From Bacteroidales bacterium (GTDB lineage: Bacteria; Bacteroidota; Bacteroidia; Bacteroidales; CAIWKO01): a stretch of DNA of 64,000 nt. This document shows positions 8,797-18,647 of this stretch, one piece after another (position 1 is the stretch's first letter; each line of letters starts with the position of its first letter). Below the pieces are notes generated by a model that was not told where the DNA came from, made no database searches, and saw only the letters and a program-made list of their open reading frames with translations. Both the position numbers and the translations under genes were made by a program. The stretch covers positions 1 to 64,000 of the forward strand of contig DAOORA010000019.1 of the NCBI GenBank assembly GCA_035389045.1, in the 5' to 3' direction.

Positions 8797-9025
8797 TAAC
8801 TAATGACTAATGACTCCCGACTCCTACGCCGCGGCAGACTCCTGACTTCCGAATTCCGACTTCTGACTTCTGACTCCCGACTCCCGACTCCCGACTCCCG
8901 ACTCCCAACTCCCAACTCCCAACTCCCGACTCCTCCGCCGCGGCAGACTCCTGACTTCCGACTTCCGACTTCTGACTATTTGACCATTTGACTAATCACT
9001 ATTTGACCAAGGACTATAAACTATT
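8797..9025. repeat. heptamer array (gactccc / aactccc / gacttct / gacttcc) with two embedded CGCCGCGGCAG units, followed by gac(t/c)attt octamers
   Basis: Read directly. The unit cgccgcggcagactcctgacttccga occurs at ~8827 and ~8936. Confidence 0.88.
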
Positions 9026-9043
9026 CACATAACAACACTAAAA

Positions 9044-9610
9044 ATGACCTCAGGAATAACAAGAGAAAAAGCATTAGAACTGCTTAATGAATACATAAAA
9101 AAAGAAAACATGATCAACCACTGTCTGGCCTCGGAGGCCGTGATGAAAGCGCTGGCACGCATGCTCGGGCAGGATGAGGAAAAATGGGGGGTTGCAGGAC
9201 TGCTCCATGATATTGATGTGGAAATTACCAATGCCGATCCGAAGACACACGGCTATGTGGCAATAAAAATCCTCAGGGAACACGGTGTTGATGAAGAAAT
9301 AGTTGATGCGATAAGTATGCATAATGAGGAATCAACAGATCAGCCAAGGTCTACCGTCTTTCACCATGCCCTGGCGGCTGGAGAAACCATTACCGGATTG
9401 ATCATCGCAACCACACTGGTATATCCCGAAAAGAAACTCTTTGCCGTTAAATCCAAATCCGTGGTGAAACGCATGAAAGAAAAGGCATTCGCAGCTTCGG
9501 TGAAACGTGAGACCATTTTGGAATGTGAAATGATTGGCCTGCCTATTGCGGAATTTGCCGAAATATCAGTTGGTGCCATGAAAGAAATTGCCGACCGGAT
9601 AGGATTATAA
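9044..9610 (+). CDS. HD/HDIG-domain metal-dependent phosphohydrolase
   Basis: HCLASEAVMKALA, WGVAGLLHDID, HG, AISMHN, SVVKRMKEKAFAASVKRE. Confidence 0.82.
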   Translation: MTSGITREKALELLNEYIKKENMINHCLASEAVMKALARMLGQDEEKWGVAGLLHDIDVEITNADPKTHGYVAIKILREHGVDEEIVDAISMHNEESTDQPRSTVFHHALAAGETITGLIIATTLVYPEKKLFAVKSKSVVKRMKEKAFAASVKRETILECEMIGLPIAEFAEISVGAMKEIADRIGL

Positions 9611-9673
9611 ACGAATAGTTACATTTGAAATAAATTTTGTATATTCGTTGCTATTCAAACATCTAAAATTCCG

Positions 9674-11896
9674 TTGAGTAAGGCTTTTTATTTTGTGGTG
9701 TTTTTGTTTTGTATTCAGAGTATCTGTGCCCAGAACCACCTACAGTTTTTAGGGGCTAATACCGGCGCTGCCTGTCAATCCATTAAATATTACCAGGACC
9801 ATGTTTTCACAGCTACAGGCTCTACCCTGCGGTCGTATTATGTGGGCAGCGGATCGTCTATACCCTACACTTATGGTTTTGAATGTCGCTATAAATCTGA
9901 GATCATCCGCATGAGGATATGTGGACATTTTTTATATGTGTGCGCCAATTACGACGGGCTGACCAAATGGGATATTTCAGACCCTGCCCATCCGGTGCGG
10001 ATTTTTGACATTCTACCCGACAGTGCGGGCATGGCTACGCAGGCAGTTGCTTTCAAAGGGGATACTATTTATCTTGCACAATACAGTAAAATGTGTGCTT
10101 ACAAAGATCATGGCAACACCTATACGAAAATTGCAAATTTTGCTATTCCTCAGTTTGGCAGCACAGTGGTCGGTGTGGATGTTAAAGATAACCTGTGTGC
10201 GGTTTCACAACAACATTGGGGCAGTCAGAACGGTGTGTGGCTTTATGATGCGAACACCTTTGCCTTTATTTCATTTTATCAGCAGGGGACTTTTTTATCC
10301 GAAAATGTCATCTTTGGCAAAAACAATGATTTACTTCATGTGATGAGCGGCACCAGCATCAATCAGTTTGCACCGAACGGCCTTTTTTATACCCTTGATG
10401 TAAGCAATCCTGCTTCTCCGCAAAAGTTTTTTTCAGATACTGTCGATGGAATCTATCTTGCCGCCATTGCTCTTCCTTATAATGCAGAAAATATCAATGA
10501 CACCATTTATGTGGCAAACTGGGGGGCTGTAAAATCCGGCGGACCGCTGGATACCTGTTATATCCGGGCCTATGATGCCACCAATCCTGCTAATGTGCAT
10601 CTGATCAATTACCTTCCCGGAGGTTTATGGAATTTTGATATGTCGTTACATGGAAAAATAATGTATGTTGCTTCGGAATGGTACGGCATACTTTCTGTTG
10701 ATCTTCATGATTTTCAGCATCCACAGGTATTAGGAAAAACCACAACAGGCGGCTGGAATTGTGATGCAGATGTTTGTGGTGATAAAATGGCTGTCGCTAA
10801 TGAGGGCTTTGGATACAAGCTTTATGATATTTCCGATCCGGCATTTCCGGTGCTGGTCCGACAAAATGAAGACCCCGGATTTTGTGTACATATTAAGTTT
10901 TCGTCCGATGGAGAATACATTTATACCGGCAACATTTCCTATCAGGGATTCAGGGTTTACAGGGCCGATTCGCTGATACAGACCGGATACATACAGCAGG
11001 CCGTATGCGACGGAAGGTTTGTGGTTGTCAACCAACAGGTTTTTTCTGAATTGAACAACAGTCTCGTGGTCATTGATGTCAGCAATCCTAATATCCCGGT
11101 TGTGGATACAACGATCAGTATGAGTATCAACGATATGGTGGCATGGGATGAAAAACTTTTTGTCTCCGGTAACGATAGCATTGTTGTTATTGATGTCAGC
11201 GACAGCAATTTTCAGCAGATCGCCTCTGTTGCGCTGGGTGGAAATCAGGATGCACAACGTATGGCTGTATATAATAATTTTTGTTACGTTTATGTGGCAA
11301 ATAAAGGATTGGTAAAATATTCCCTGGATTTTATGAGCCCCTTATATGAGTTGAATGAGATAATTACAAGCCCTTTGTTATATGGCGCTCCTACATACAT
11401 GGCTGCCGATAGTTTCGGATGGTATGCTGCCTACCGGCTTTACGGCTTGCTTGCTTATGGCCATACCACACTGGCGCAAACAGGCTGGTATCGCGGAGGC
11501 CTTGATTATAGAAGGCTTCCGAACCAATATGGCGTGCAAAACCTGTTTTGTAAAAACAACATGATTTTTCTGGTGGAATATTTTTGCCAGACCTCGGTAC
11601 TCACCAATGATGATAATTTCAACAGTATCGATATTGTTACTGACGACGACAATGTTATTTTAGTATATCCCAACCCGGCAGATGATCATATTATGATAAG
11701 ATATGCAGGCCCGCCGCCGGGGACAGGCGCCACCTTAAGTGTTGTAAATCTTCTGGGGCAGGTGCTTATGACACGGGATGTTCCGGATTACAGGGATATT
11801 CTGATCAATACCCATGAACTTCGTCCGGGAATATATGTTGTTGTCCTGACAAAAGACAAACGGCAGGTTGCGGTGAAAAAAATCTCTATCGAATAA
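9674..11896 (+). CDS. secreted LVIVD-repeat beta-propeller protein with T9SS C-terminal sorting domain
   Basis: Signal peptide; repeats WDISDPAHP, LDVSNPASP, YDISDPAFP, VIDVSNPNIP; CTD VYPNPADD...VNLLGQ...LRPGIYVV...KKISIE. TTG start. Confidence 0.78.
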   Translation: MSKAFYFVVFLFCIQSICAQNHLQFLGANTGAACQSIKYYQDHVFTATGSTLRSYYVGSGSSIPYTYGFECRYKSEIIRMRICGHFLYVCANYDGLTKWDISDPAHPVRIFDILPDSAGMATQAVAFKGDTIYLAQYSKMCAYKDHGNTYTKIANFAIPQFGSTVVGVDVKDNLCAVSQQHWGSQNGVWLYDANTFAFISFYQQGTFLSENVIFGKNNDLLHVMSGTSINQFAPNGLFYTLDVSNPASPQKFFSDTVDGIYLAAIALPYNAENINDTIYVANWGAVKSGGPLDTCYIRAYDATNPANVHLINYLPGGLWNFDMSLHGKIMYVASEWYGILSVDLHDFQHPQVLGKTTTGGWNCDADVCGDKMAVANEGFGYKLYDISDPAFPVLVRQNEDPGFCVHIKFSSDGEYIYTGNISYQGFRVYRADSLIQTGYIQQAVCDGRFVVVNQQVFSELNNSLVVIDVSNPNIPVVDTTISMSINDMVAWDEKLFVSGNDSIVVIDVSDSNFQQIASVALGGNQDAQRMAVYNNFCYVYVANKGLVKYSLDFMSPLYELNEIITSPLLYGAPTYMAADSFGWYAAYRLYGLLAYGHTTLAQTGWYRGGLDYRRLPNQYGVQNLFCKNNMIFLVEYFCQTSVLTNDDNFNSIDIVTDDDNVILVYPNPADDHIMIRYAGPPPGTGATLSVVNLLGQVLMTRDVPDYRDILINTHELRPGIYVVVLTKDKRQVAVKKISIE

Positions 11897-11907
11897 AAAC
11901 ATTTATT

Positions 11908-13458
11908 ATGGTTAAAAAAAATATCCTATTATGTCTGTGTATCTTTTTATTGGTTCCCGGGAGGAGTCCGGCCCAATGGATCACGAATCACGATGCGCTT
12001 TTTATGCCTGATGTAGCCAAACCGGTTGTTTTCGGCACATACGTTGATCCTGTTTTCGGCACTACGGTTGAAAGAATTACCGATGGCATCGCCGGGGGAT
12101 TGAACGGCATTGTCCCGCAATACTCCAAGCGGCAGGCCTGGAATGCCGATGAATCGAAACTATTGCTTTTCAGCGGTGATGGTGTGGCCATGTTATGTGA
12201 TGGAAATAATTTTTCATACATAAAAACCCTTAGTGGGGTGGGTGGCGAAGATGTATTCTGGCATCCTTACGATCCTGATATCATTTATTACAATGCCGAC
12301 AGCATTTTATTTTCCTATGATATTGTCAGTGAAGTGACTTCCGTCGTCCATGTTTTTTCACAGTATACCTGGGCAAATACGCGCGGTGAGGGAAACTTGT
12401 CGCAGGATGGCCGTTACTATGCTGTTGCCGGACAACAATATGACAATGGCACGGGTGACGTGATCTTTAAAGACCTTGTCCTGTTTAACCTTCAGACATC
12501 AGCAGAAGTGAGCATCATGGCCCTGCCTCAGGATTCGTTATCCGGTTTTGACTGGGTGTCGGTATCTCCTTTGGGAAGTTATGTGGTGGTTGATTATGCG
12601 GATGAAATTACCGGCCGGTATCACGGGGTGGAAGTTTATGACAGTAATTTTACTTTTAAATGGCAGAAACCCCTGGGGGCAGGACACAGCGATCTTGGAA
12701 TTGATAACAACGGAGATGAGATACTCGTGATGGATTGTTATAATGCGGATTCCAACAAAACCTATATAAAAAAATTCCGTCTGTCGGACGGGCACGAAAC
12801 TACTTTACTTGAGGTTTCGGAACTTTTCGACCTGCATATTTCCATGCGTAATGAAACCCGGAAAGCATGGTGTTTTATCAGTACTTTTGATTATACCGGA
12901 AGGCTGACCGATGACAGCCTATCATGGCTTCCTTTCGAAGATGAAGTGTTTGCCCTGAAACTTGACGGCAGCGGTGATGTGCAGCGAATCGCCCACCATC
13001 ACAGCCGAAGGTACTCTCCTTTGACCTATGATTCCGACCACAGTGTCTATTGGGCTGAGCCTCATGCAACAGTCAGCAGGTATGGAAAAAGGATCATCTG
13101 GGGAAGCAACTGGCGGCAGAATATGGATATGCAAAACAGTGTTGATACCTACATTGCAGATTTCAGCAGTTTCCTTGGAATGAACAACCCGGAAGAAAAG
13201 GCAGTTAAAATATCGGTATATCCCAATCCTGCCTCTGAAAAGCTGGTCATTGAAATTGAAAATGTCCGCGGACAAACTGTTGATATAATACTGACCGCTA
13301 TTGACGGAAGGATCATCAACAGGCTGCACCAGCCAGTTTCAGGTAGTGGGATACATTCTGTAGAGGTAAATATTGCAGATCTTTCAGCAGGAATTTATTG
13401 GTGCAGAATTTTGGCCGGCCAGTCTTTCAATACAATAAAGATTATAAAGATCAATTAA
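11908..13458 (+). CDS. secreted TolB-like beta-propeller protein with T9SS C-terminal sorting domain
   Basis: Signal peptide; AWNADESKLL, LSQDGRYYAV, VSPLGSYVV, VSRYGKRIIWGSNW; CTD VYPNPASE...LSAGIYWC...KIIKIN. Confidence 0.75.
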   Translation: MVKKNILLCLCIFLLVPGRSPAQWITNHDALFMPDVAKPVVFGTYVDPVFGTTVERITDGIAGGLNGIVPQYSKRQAWNADESKLLLFSGDGVAMLCDGNNFSYIKTLSGVGGEDVFWHPYDPDIIYYNADSILFSYDIVSEVTSVVHVFSQYTWANTRGEGNLSQDGRYYAVAGQQYDNGTGDVIFKDLVLFNLQTSAEVSIMALPQDSLSGFDWVSVSPLGSYVVVDYADEITGRYHGVEVYDSNFTFKWQKPLGAGHSDLGIDNNGDEILVMDCYNADSNKTYIKKFRLSDGHETTLLEVSELFDLHISMRNETRKAWCFISTFDYTGRLTDDSLSWLPFEDEVFALKLDGSGDVQRIAHHHSRRYSPLTYDSDHSVYWAEPHATVSRYGKRIIWGSNWRQNMDMQNSVDTYIADFSSFLGMNNPEEKAVKISVYPNPASEKLVIEIENVRGQTVDIILTAIDGRIINRLHQPVSGSGIHSVEVNIADLSAGIYWCRILAGQSFNTIKIIKIN

Positions 13459-13479
13459 AAACATAAAAATATATTTGAA

Positions 13480-13959
13480 ATGAAAATTTCGTTGCGCCAA
13501 GCCGAAAAAAATGACATTCCTGAAATCATTTCGCTGATCAAAGAACTGGCAGCATATGAACGCGCTCCAAAAGAGGTCACCGTGACAGCAGAAGATATGG
13601 AAAAGGATGGTTTTGGCGATCAACCCATTTTTGAAGTGATACTGGCATATCATGAAAAACAGCTGCTGGGGATGGCGTTTTATTATTTCAGCTATTCCAC
13701 ATGGAAAGGTAAGTGTCTTTACCTGGAGGACATCATTGTAAAAGAACAATATCGTGGGCAAAATATCGGGAAAACCCTGCTGGATGCCGTGATAAAAAAA
13801 GCAAAAGAGGTAAATGCAAAACGCTTGCACTGGCAGGTACTCGATTGGAATGAGCCTGCCATAAATTTTTATAAAAAATACGATGCAGTAATGGATAATA
13901 CATGGATCAATTGCAAACTCACCGAACAGCAGATTAAGAATTTTAATGGTGGAGAATAG
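13480..13959 (+). CDS. GNAT N-acetyltransferase (diamine/SSAT-like)
   Basis: LIKELAAYE, YSTWKGKCLYLEDIIV, YRGQNIGK, WQVLDWNEPAINFY. Confidence 0.88.
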   Translation: MKISLRQAEKNDIPEIISLIKELAAYERAPKEVTVTAEDMEKDGFGDQPIFEVILAYHEKQLLGMAFYYFSYSTWKGKCLYLEDIIVKEQYRGQNIGKTLLDAVIKKAKEVNAKRLHWQVLDWNEPAINFYKKYDAVMDNTWINCKLTEQQIKNFNGGE

Positions 13960-14001
13960 AGAAAAAATATGAGTAATTATTTTTTCTTTCAGTAAAAAAA
14001 G

Positions 14002-14009
14002 TATATTTG
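14002..14009 (+). promoter_or_regulatory. -7 element TAnnTTTG
   Basis: TATATTTG just upstream of ATG 14018. Confidence 0.5.
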
Positions 14010-14017
14010 TATCTCAT

Positions 14018-14332
14018 ATGAAAAAGGCATTATTAAAAATCTTGCGCATCCTGAAAAACTATTATGTGCTGGCTACTCTGTTTTTTGTGGTTTGGGTTGG
14101 TTTTATTGATACGGACAACCTTGTCGGCCAATATAAGCAGCAAAAGGAAATGAACCAACTGCTTGATCAACAGGAATTTTATACCGACTCTATCGAAAAG
14201 ATGAAAAAACTTTCGGCAGAGCTCACCACCAATATGGAAGCCATAGAACGTTACGGCAGGGAAACGTATCAGATGAAAAAGGATTATGAAGATGTTTTTC
14301 TGATCGAAATGCCGGCCACGGTCAAAGAATGA
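14018..14332 (+). CDS. septum formation initiator (FtsB/DivIC family)
   Basis: KNYYVLATLFFVVWVGFIDTDN TM segment, coiled coil, IERYGRETYQMKKDYEDVF. Confidence 0.8.
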   Translation: MKKALLKILRILKNYYVLATLFFVVWVGFIDTDNLVGQYKQQKEMNQLLDQQEFYTDSIEKMKKLSAELTTNMEAIERYGRETYQMKKDYEDVFLIEMPATVKE

Positions 14333-14475
14333 CATTTCTGCCGTTTGTTTTTGCATGATAATCCATAATCTGAAACTGATATTTCCGAACACCTTATTTA
14401 AATGGTTGATTTTTTTGCCGGGCCTAATCCACGTGAATGTATCATTGTGAGATGTGTTGCAGGGAGCGCTTGCTT

Positions 14476-16401
14476 ATGAAATTAATAAACACCTTACTAT
14501 TCATCTTAATTTTGTTAACGGCAACAGTCCTGCGATTTAATAATTTATTTGAAATTCCATACACTCATGATGAATTCAGCGCCTTGTTCAGGACCGGTTT
14601 TGATACCTTCCATGAATTAATTGAAAAAGGGGTAATCGTTGATACCTTGCCGGCCGGGGTGCAGGTATTTCTTTTTTACTGGATCAAATTATTCGGAGAT
14701 GCCGAATGGGTTGTGAAACTGCCCTTTATCCTTTTCGGGATCTTTTCTGTTTACCTTATTTACCTGATTGCACGGAAATGGTATAACGAATCCGTTGCTT
14801 TGATTTCTGCTTCCTACCTGGCCAGCGTTCAGTTTGCTGTTATATACAGCCAGATTGCCAGGCCTTACATTTCCGGACTGTTCTTTTCATTATTGATGGT
14901 ATATGCATTGACCAATATCATAAAGACACCGGAGCGACGGTTTTATCTGAACAGCATTGTTTTTATTTTGGCGGCTTCAATATGTTCCTATAATCACCAC
15001 TTTAGTTTGGTATTTGCCGCTATTACCGGCATCAGTGGTTTGTTTCTGATCCAAAGAAAGTACCTGCTGAAATATTTATGCTGTTGTCTTATTATTATGC
15101 TGTTATATGTCCCGCATATCGGCATTATCCTGTCACAGCTTAAGATGGGAGGTAATGAGAACTGGCTGGGAAAGTTGCCCGATGACTTCTTTGTGAAATA
15201 CATTGAATATATTTTTCAATTTTCGTCAGTTGTTTATATACTTACGGTCCTTCTTGTATTATTTGGCTTTATTAAAATTAAAAAACAAGACATCCAGATC
15301 AGGCAGTTGATATTATTTGCCTGCTGGTTTATTCTGCCTTATGTTATCGGCTTTTTATATTCAAAATATGTAAATAACGTGATGCAGTATTCCGTGCTGA
15401 TCTTCAGTTTTCCGTTTCTATACTTTATTCTTTTCGGTCACATTAAACAGCAGAAAGCAATAATTAACGCCTTGTTGGTGGTGATCATACTCTCGGTAAA
15501 TATTTATGCCCTTGTTTCAGAAAGAAAACACTATGTGTTATTCTATAAATCGATCTACGAAAGCGTTTTAACAGACTACCAGGATGCAAAAAAGAATTAT
15601 AATAACATAGCTTCGCTTGTTGATTCCGACAGAGATATATCAAAATATTATATTCAAAAACACAAGATTGATACAGGTTTTGTATGGTTTGATTCTTTTG
15701 CAGATCATAGAAAAGAGTTTGTCACCTTTTTGCAAAATCAGAGTCAGTCTTCTGAATACCTATATTTCGGATGTTTGTCAAGTAATAATCCGGTGACGGT
15801 ATCTGTAATTCAGGATTATTATCCTACGATTGAACTGCAGAAAAACTATTTTGGAGGCACAACTTATATTTTTTCCAAAGCGCCCTGCAAGGAATCCCGT
15901 ATTATTGATTGTTTGGATTTTGAATCCAAAGAAAGTAAGGGATGGTCTTCGGTGGATACTAGTAAATTTGTGGATACGGTTAGCTTTTCAGGGAAGTATT
16001 CCTACGTTATTGATAGTAATTCAGAATGGTCGTTTACATACACCAGTCCGTTAATTAAAATCATCAGAAATAAAAATAATTTTATTGATATCTCTGTCAG
16101 GGGTTTGTTGCCAGTGGATTTGAGAGACGCTTTGCTTGTTGCGTCTATCGGGGAAGGGGATTCCGTAATCTATTGGGGCGCTTCTTCATTTTCAGATTTT
16201 TCTGAAAACAAGACAACCAAAAATGATTGGGTCAACATTCATCATTCCATCAAACTCTCTGATATTCCTGTGAATAACAAAGACGCCCTTCTGAAAATTT
16301 ATATATGGAACAAAGGGAAAAATAGGTTATTGATTGATGATTTTACAATACGGTTAAGGTATGGAAACCCATTGATTTATAGTCAGTTTCAAAAAATATA
16401 A
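14476..16401 (+). CDS. GT-C fold glycosyltransferase (GT39/PMT_2-like) with C-terminal soluble domain
   Basis: LRFNNL...THDEFS (DE motif), FGDAEWVVKLPF, YSQIARPY, multiple TMs, C-terminal beta-sandwich-like region. Start taken at ATG 14476. Confidence 0.72.
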   Translation: MKLINTLLFILILLTATVLRFNNLFEIPYTHDEFSALFRTGFDTFHELIEKGVIVDTLPAGVQVFLFYWIKLFGDAEWVVKLPFILFGIFSVYLIYLIARKWYNESVALISASYLASVQFAVIYSQIARPYISGLFFSLLMVYALTNIIKTPERRFYLNSIVFILAASICSYNHHFSLVFAAITGISGLFLIQRKYLLKYLCCCLIIMLLYVPHIGIILSQLKMGGNENWLGKLPDDFFVKYIEYIFQFSSVVYILTVLLVLFGFIKIKKQDIQIRQLILFACWFILPYVIGFLYSKYVNNVMQYSVLIFSFPFLYFILFGHIKQQKAIINALLVVIILSVNIYALVSERKHYVLFYKSIYESVLTDYQDAKKNYNNIASLVDSDRDISKYYIQKHKIDTGFVWFDSFADHRKEFVTFLQNQSQSSEYLYFGCLSSNNPVTVSVIQDYYPTIELQKNYFGGTTYIFSKAPCKESRIIDCLDFESKESKGWSSVDTSKFVDTVSFSGKYSYVIDSNSEWSFTYTSPLIKIIRNKNNFIDISVRGLLPVDLRDALLVASIGEGDSVIYWGASSFSDFSENKTTKNDWVNIHHSIKLSDIPVNNKDALLKIYIWNKGKNRLLIDDFTIRLRYGNPLIYSQFQKI

Positions 16402-16457
16402 TGGTCCCGTCGGATATTCGTATTTGCCACTTGGCTTAATTGGGGTTTTCGGAACTA

Positions 16458-17084
16458 TTATGATAAATTATATAAATAAACTATTTTCTTGGTTAAAAAA
16501 TAGTCTTCAGGAAAATAATTGTAAATATCAAAAATAAACTTTCCGGTTTTTAGTTTTTTTATTTCATTGAGGGCATCATCGCCTTTGAGGTACAAAATCC
16601 CGTTGGTAAGGCTGTTGAAACTTTCCGGGCTGATATTTTTCTTTACGAGTTTTATAAACTCCGGGATACCGGTTACGGCGCGTGATACAATAAAGTCAAA
16701 AGTGAAATCAATATCTTCGGCACGTTTTTGCTCCGCAGTCACATTGGTTAGGCCGAGGGAATTTACGATCTCGTTTACGACCATAATTTTTTTTCCTGTG
16801 GCATCGATCAGATAGAAATCAGTTTCAGGAAACATAATCGCCAGCGGGATGCCCGGAAACCCACCGCCGGTGCCAACATCCATGACTGTGGTTCCCGGCT
16901 CAAACTGAATAAGCCTGGCAATACTCAGCGAGTGCAGGATATGATGCTGATAGAGATTGTCAATATCCTGCCGTGAGATCAGATTGATCTTTTCGTTCCA
17001 TCCGGCGTACAAGGTGCCGAGTTGTTCAAAGCGTGCTGTTTGCTGCCCACTCAGGCCGGGGAAATATTTTTTCAGCATTTCCAT
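16458..17084 (-). CDS. rsmG: 16S rRNA (guanine527-N7)-methyltransferase
   Basis: WNEKINLISRQD, HILHSL, DVGTGGGFPGIPLAI, FDFIVSRAV, LYLKG. Confidence 0.95.
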   Translation of the reverse strand: MEMLKKYFPGLSGQQTARFEQLGTLYAGWNEKINLISRQDIDNLYQHHILHSLSIARLIQFEPGTTVMDVGTGGGFPGIPLAIMFPETDFYLIDATGKKIMVVNEIVNSLGLTNVTAEQKRAEDIDFTFDFIVSRAVTGIPEFIKLVKKNISPESFNSLTNGILYLKGDDALNEIKKLKTGKFIFDIYNYFPEDYFLTKKIVYLYNLS

Positions 17085-17153
17085 ATGTTTTAACAAATTG
17101 TTGTGGAAAATTACTAAAAACCTGTGTTCAGGGCAGCATAATCTTTAATAATT

Positions 17154-18179
17154 TTGAACAAATCATTGTCAGTGAAAAAATTTCTTATTCTGAATGTGTT
17201 GTTAGCTGTTGTTTTGGATGTTTTTGCCCAATCGAAAATGACGGTAACAGCATACATTCAAAAGTATGAGCAACTTGCGCGGGAGGAAATGCAAAAAAAT
17301 AAGATCCCTGCCAGCATCACCATGGCACAGGGAATTCTGGAATCTTCCAGTGGCAACAGCGAATTGGCCCGTAATGCCAACAACCATTTCGGCATTAAGT
17401 GCAAAACGGAATGGAAGGGCGAAAAATATTTTTATGATGATGATGAAAAAAACGAATGTTTCCGGAAGTATCCTAACGCTGTAGAATCATACCGGGACCA
17501 TTCGGTATTTCTTACCACACGGGAGTATTACAGGTCGTTGTTTCAGCTTGATATCATGGATTACAAGGCCTGGGCCTATGGACTGAAAAAAGCCGGATAT
17601 GCTACCGAGCCGTTGTATGCCGAAATGCTTATCAAAATCATTGAGGATAATAAGCTGTATAAGCTCGATTCCGGCGGAGCGATTATTCCCGGAGAGGTTA
17701 TTGTTGCAAATACTGTGGAGACTCCGCATGGGATAGTGAGAAAGCCTGACAGCCTGAAAAAAGTCGAAAAGATCAACGAAATAAAAGACAATACAACCGA
17801 TTTTCCGGATATCAACATTTTTCAAAAGAACAGTAAGGTTTTAGAAAATAATGGCGTAAAGTATGTCATTGCTGGTGGGAATGATACCTATAATTCCATT
17901 GCAGAGCAATTTGGCCTTGCGGTTTTTGATCTCTGGCGGTATAATGATATTAAAAATAACAAGTCATTATCGGCAGGTGAAAAGGTATATATCGAACCTA
18001 AAAAGAAAACTTCGACGATGGAATTTCATACCGTCACAGCCGGTGAAACCATGCGCAGCATTTCACAATTATATGCCGTACAGCTCAAGGAGCTATACAA
18101 AAAAAACCGGATGAGACAAGGCTCTGAACCCAGAAAGGGGCAGCAGATCTGGCTGAAAAAGTATATGCCTGTTTATTAG
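17154..18179 (+). CDS. GH73 glucosaminidase with two LysM domains (peptidoglycan hydrolase)
   Basis: IPASITMAQGILES, NNHFGIKC, ECFRKY, GLKKAGYAT; C-terminal LysM repeats (DTYNSIAEQFG, HTVTAGETMRSISQLY). Start position uncertain. Confidence 0.88.
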   Translation: MNKSLSVKKFLILNVLLAVVLDVFAQSKMTVTAYIQKYEQLAREEMQKNKIPASITMAQGILESSSGNSELARNANNHFGIKCKTEWKGEKYFYDDDEKNECFRKYPNAVESYRDHSVFLTTREYYRSLFQLDIMDYKAWAYGLKKAGYATEPLYAEMLIKIIEDNKLYKLDSGGAIIPGEVIVANTVETPHGIVRKPDSLKKVEKINEIKDNTTDFPDINIFQKNSKVLENNGVKYVIAGGNDTYNSIAEQFGLAVFDLWRYNDIKNNKSLSAGEKVYIEPKKKTSTMEFHTVTAGETMRSISQLYAVQLKELYKKNRMRQGSEPRKGQQIWLKKYMPVY

Positions 18180-18268
18180 GTCCCGGTTGAATTCTTGGCA
18201 ATTTCTTTTTTTGATGTGCTGGTATATAAAATCCGAAAAGATTCTTGTAACACTAATACTTTTCTGTA

Positions 18269-18646
18269 TTACTTTTTTGCTTGTCCCCACGCCTTTGGCG
18301 GGGCAGGCAAGACAATCAAACCTGCCTGCGTGACGAACACTTCGGCATGCAGGAAAGGACCTCCTGGCGAAAGCTTCAGCCCGCTCTCAGAAAACATTGA
18401 AAATCTATGCAAAGTAGTCCTGAGCAGCTATGCTGCGTCAGGAAGAGGCTGTCTCAAAAATAGCCCTTGCTGAAAACTATCATTACCCCGTCCCTGAAGG
18501 GTGTGCTGATTTTCAGCGACTTCCACCCTTTAGGGGAGGGTAAGAAGGCGGTGAAAATCATTTAAAGAATATTTTGAGACACCCTCCTTTTGCAGATTTT
18601 CAAATGTTTTCTGATTCATGCCACCGCCGGCTCGCATGCCAGGAAT
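18269..18646. repeat. nested palindromic dispersed element, copy A (carries extra insertions)
   Basis: Shares aaaggacctcctggcgaa, cccgctctcagaaaacattgaaaatctatgcaaagtagtcctga and ttgcagattttcaaatgttttctgattca...gccaggaat with 23201-23402. Confidence 0.88.
18445..18586. mobile_element. 142-bp MITE-like element with 15-bp terminal inverted repeats
   Basis: Left GAGGCTGTCTCAAAA; right TTTTGAGACACCCTC (14/15 match as inverted repeat). Absent from copy B. Internal REP-like pair ccctgaagggtg / caccctttaggg. Confidence 0.72.
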
Positions 18647-18647
18647 T

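Noticed and set aside
8579..8991. ORFs 8579-8764(-) and 8803-8991(+)
   Set aside because: Translations of tandem repeats (SPNRSVAQ, SRLPTPD); not credible proteins
8340..9025. Possible CRISPR array
   Set aside because: Contiguous 7-8 nt units with no unique spacers, no 25-45 nt repeats and no cas genes
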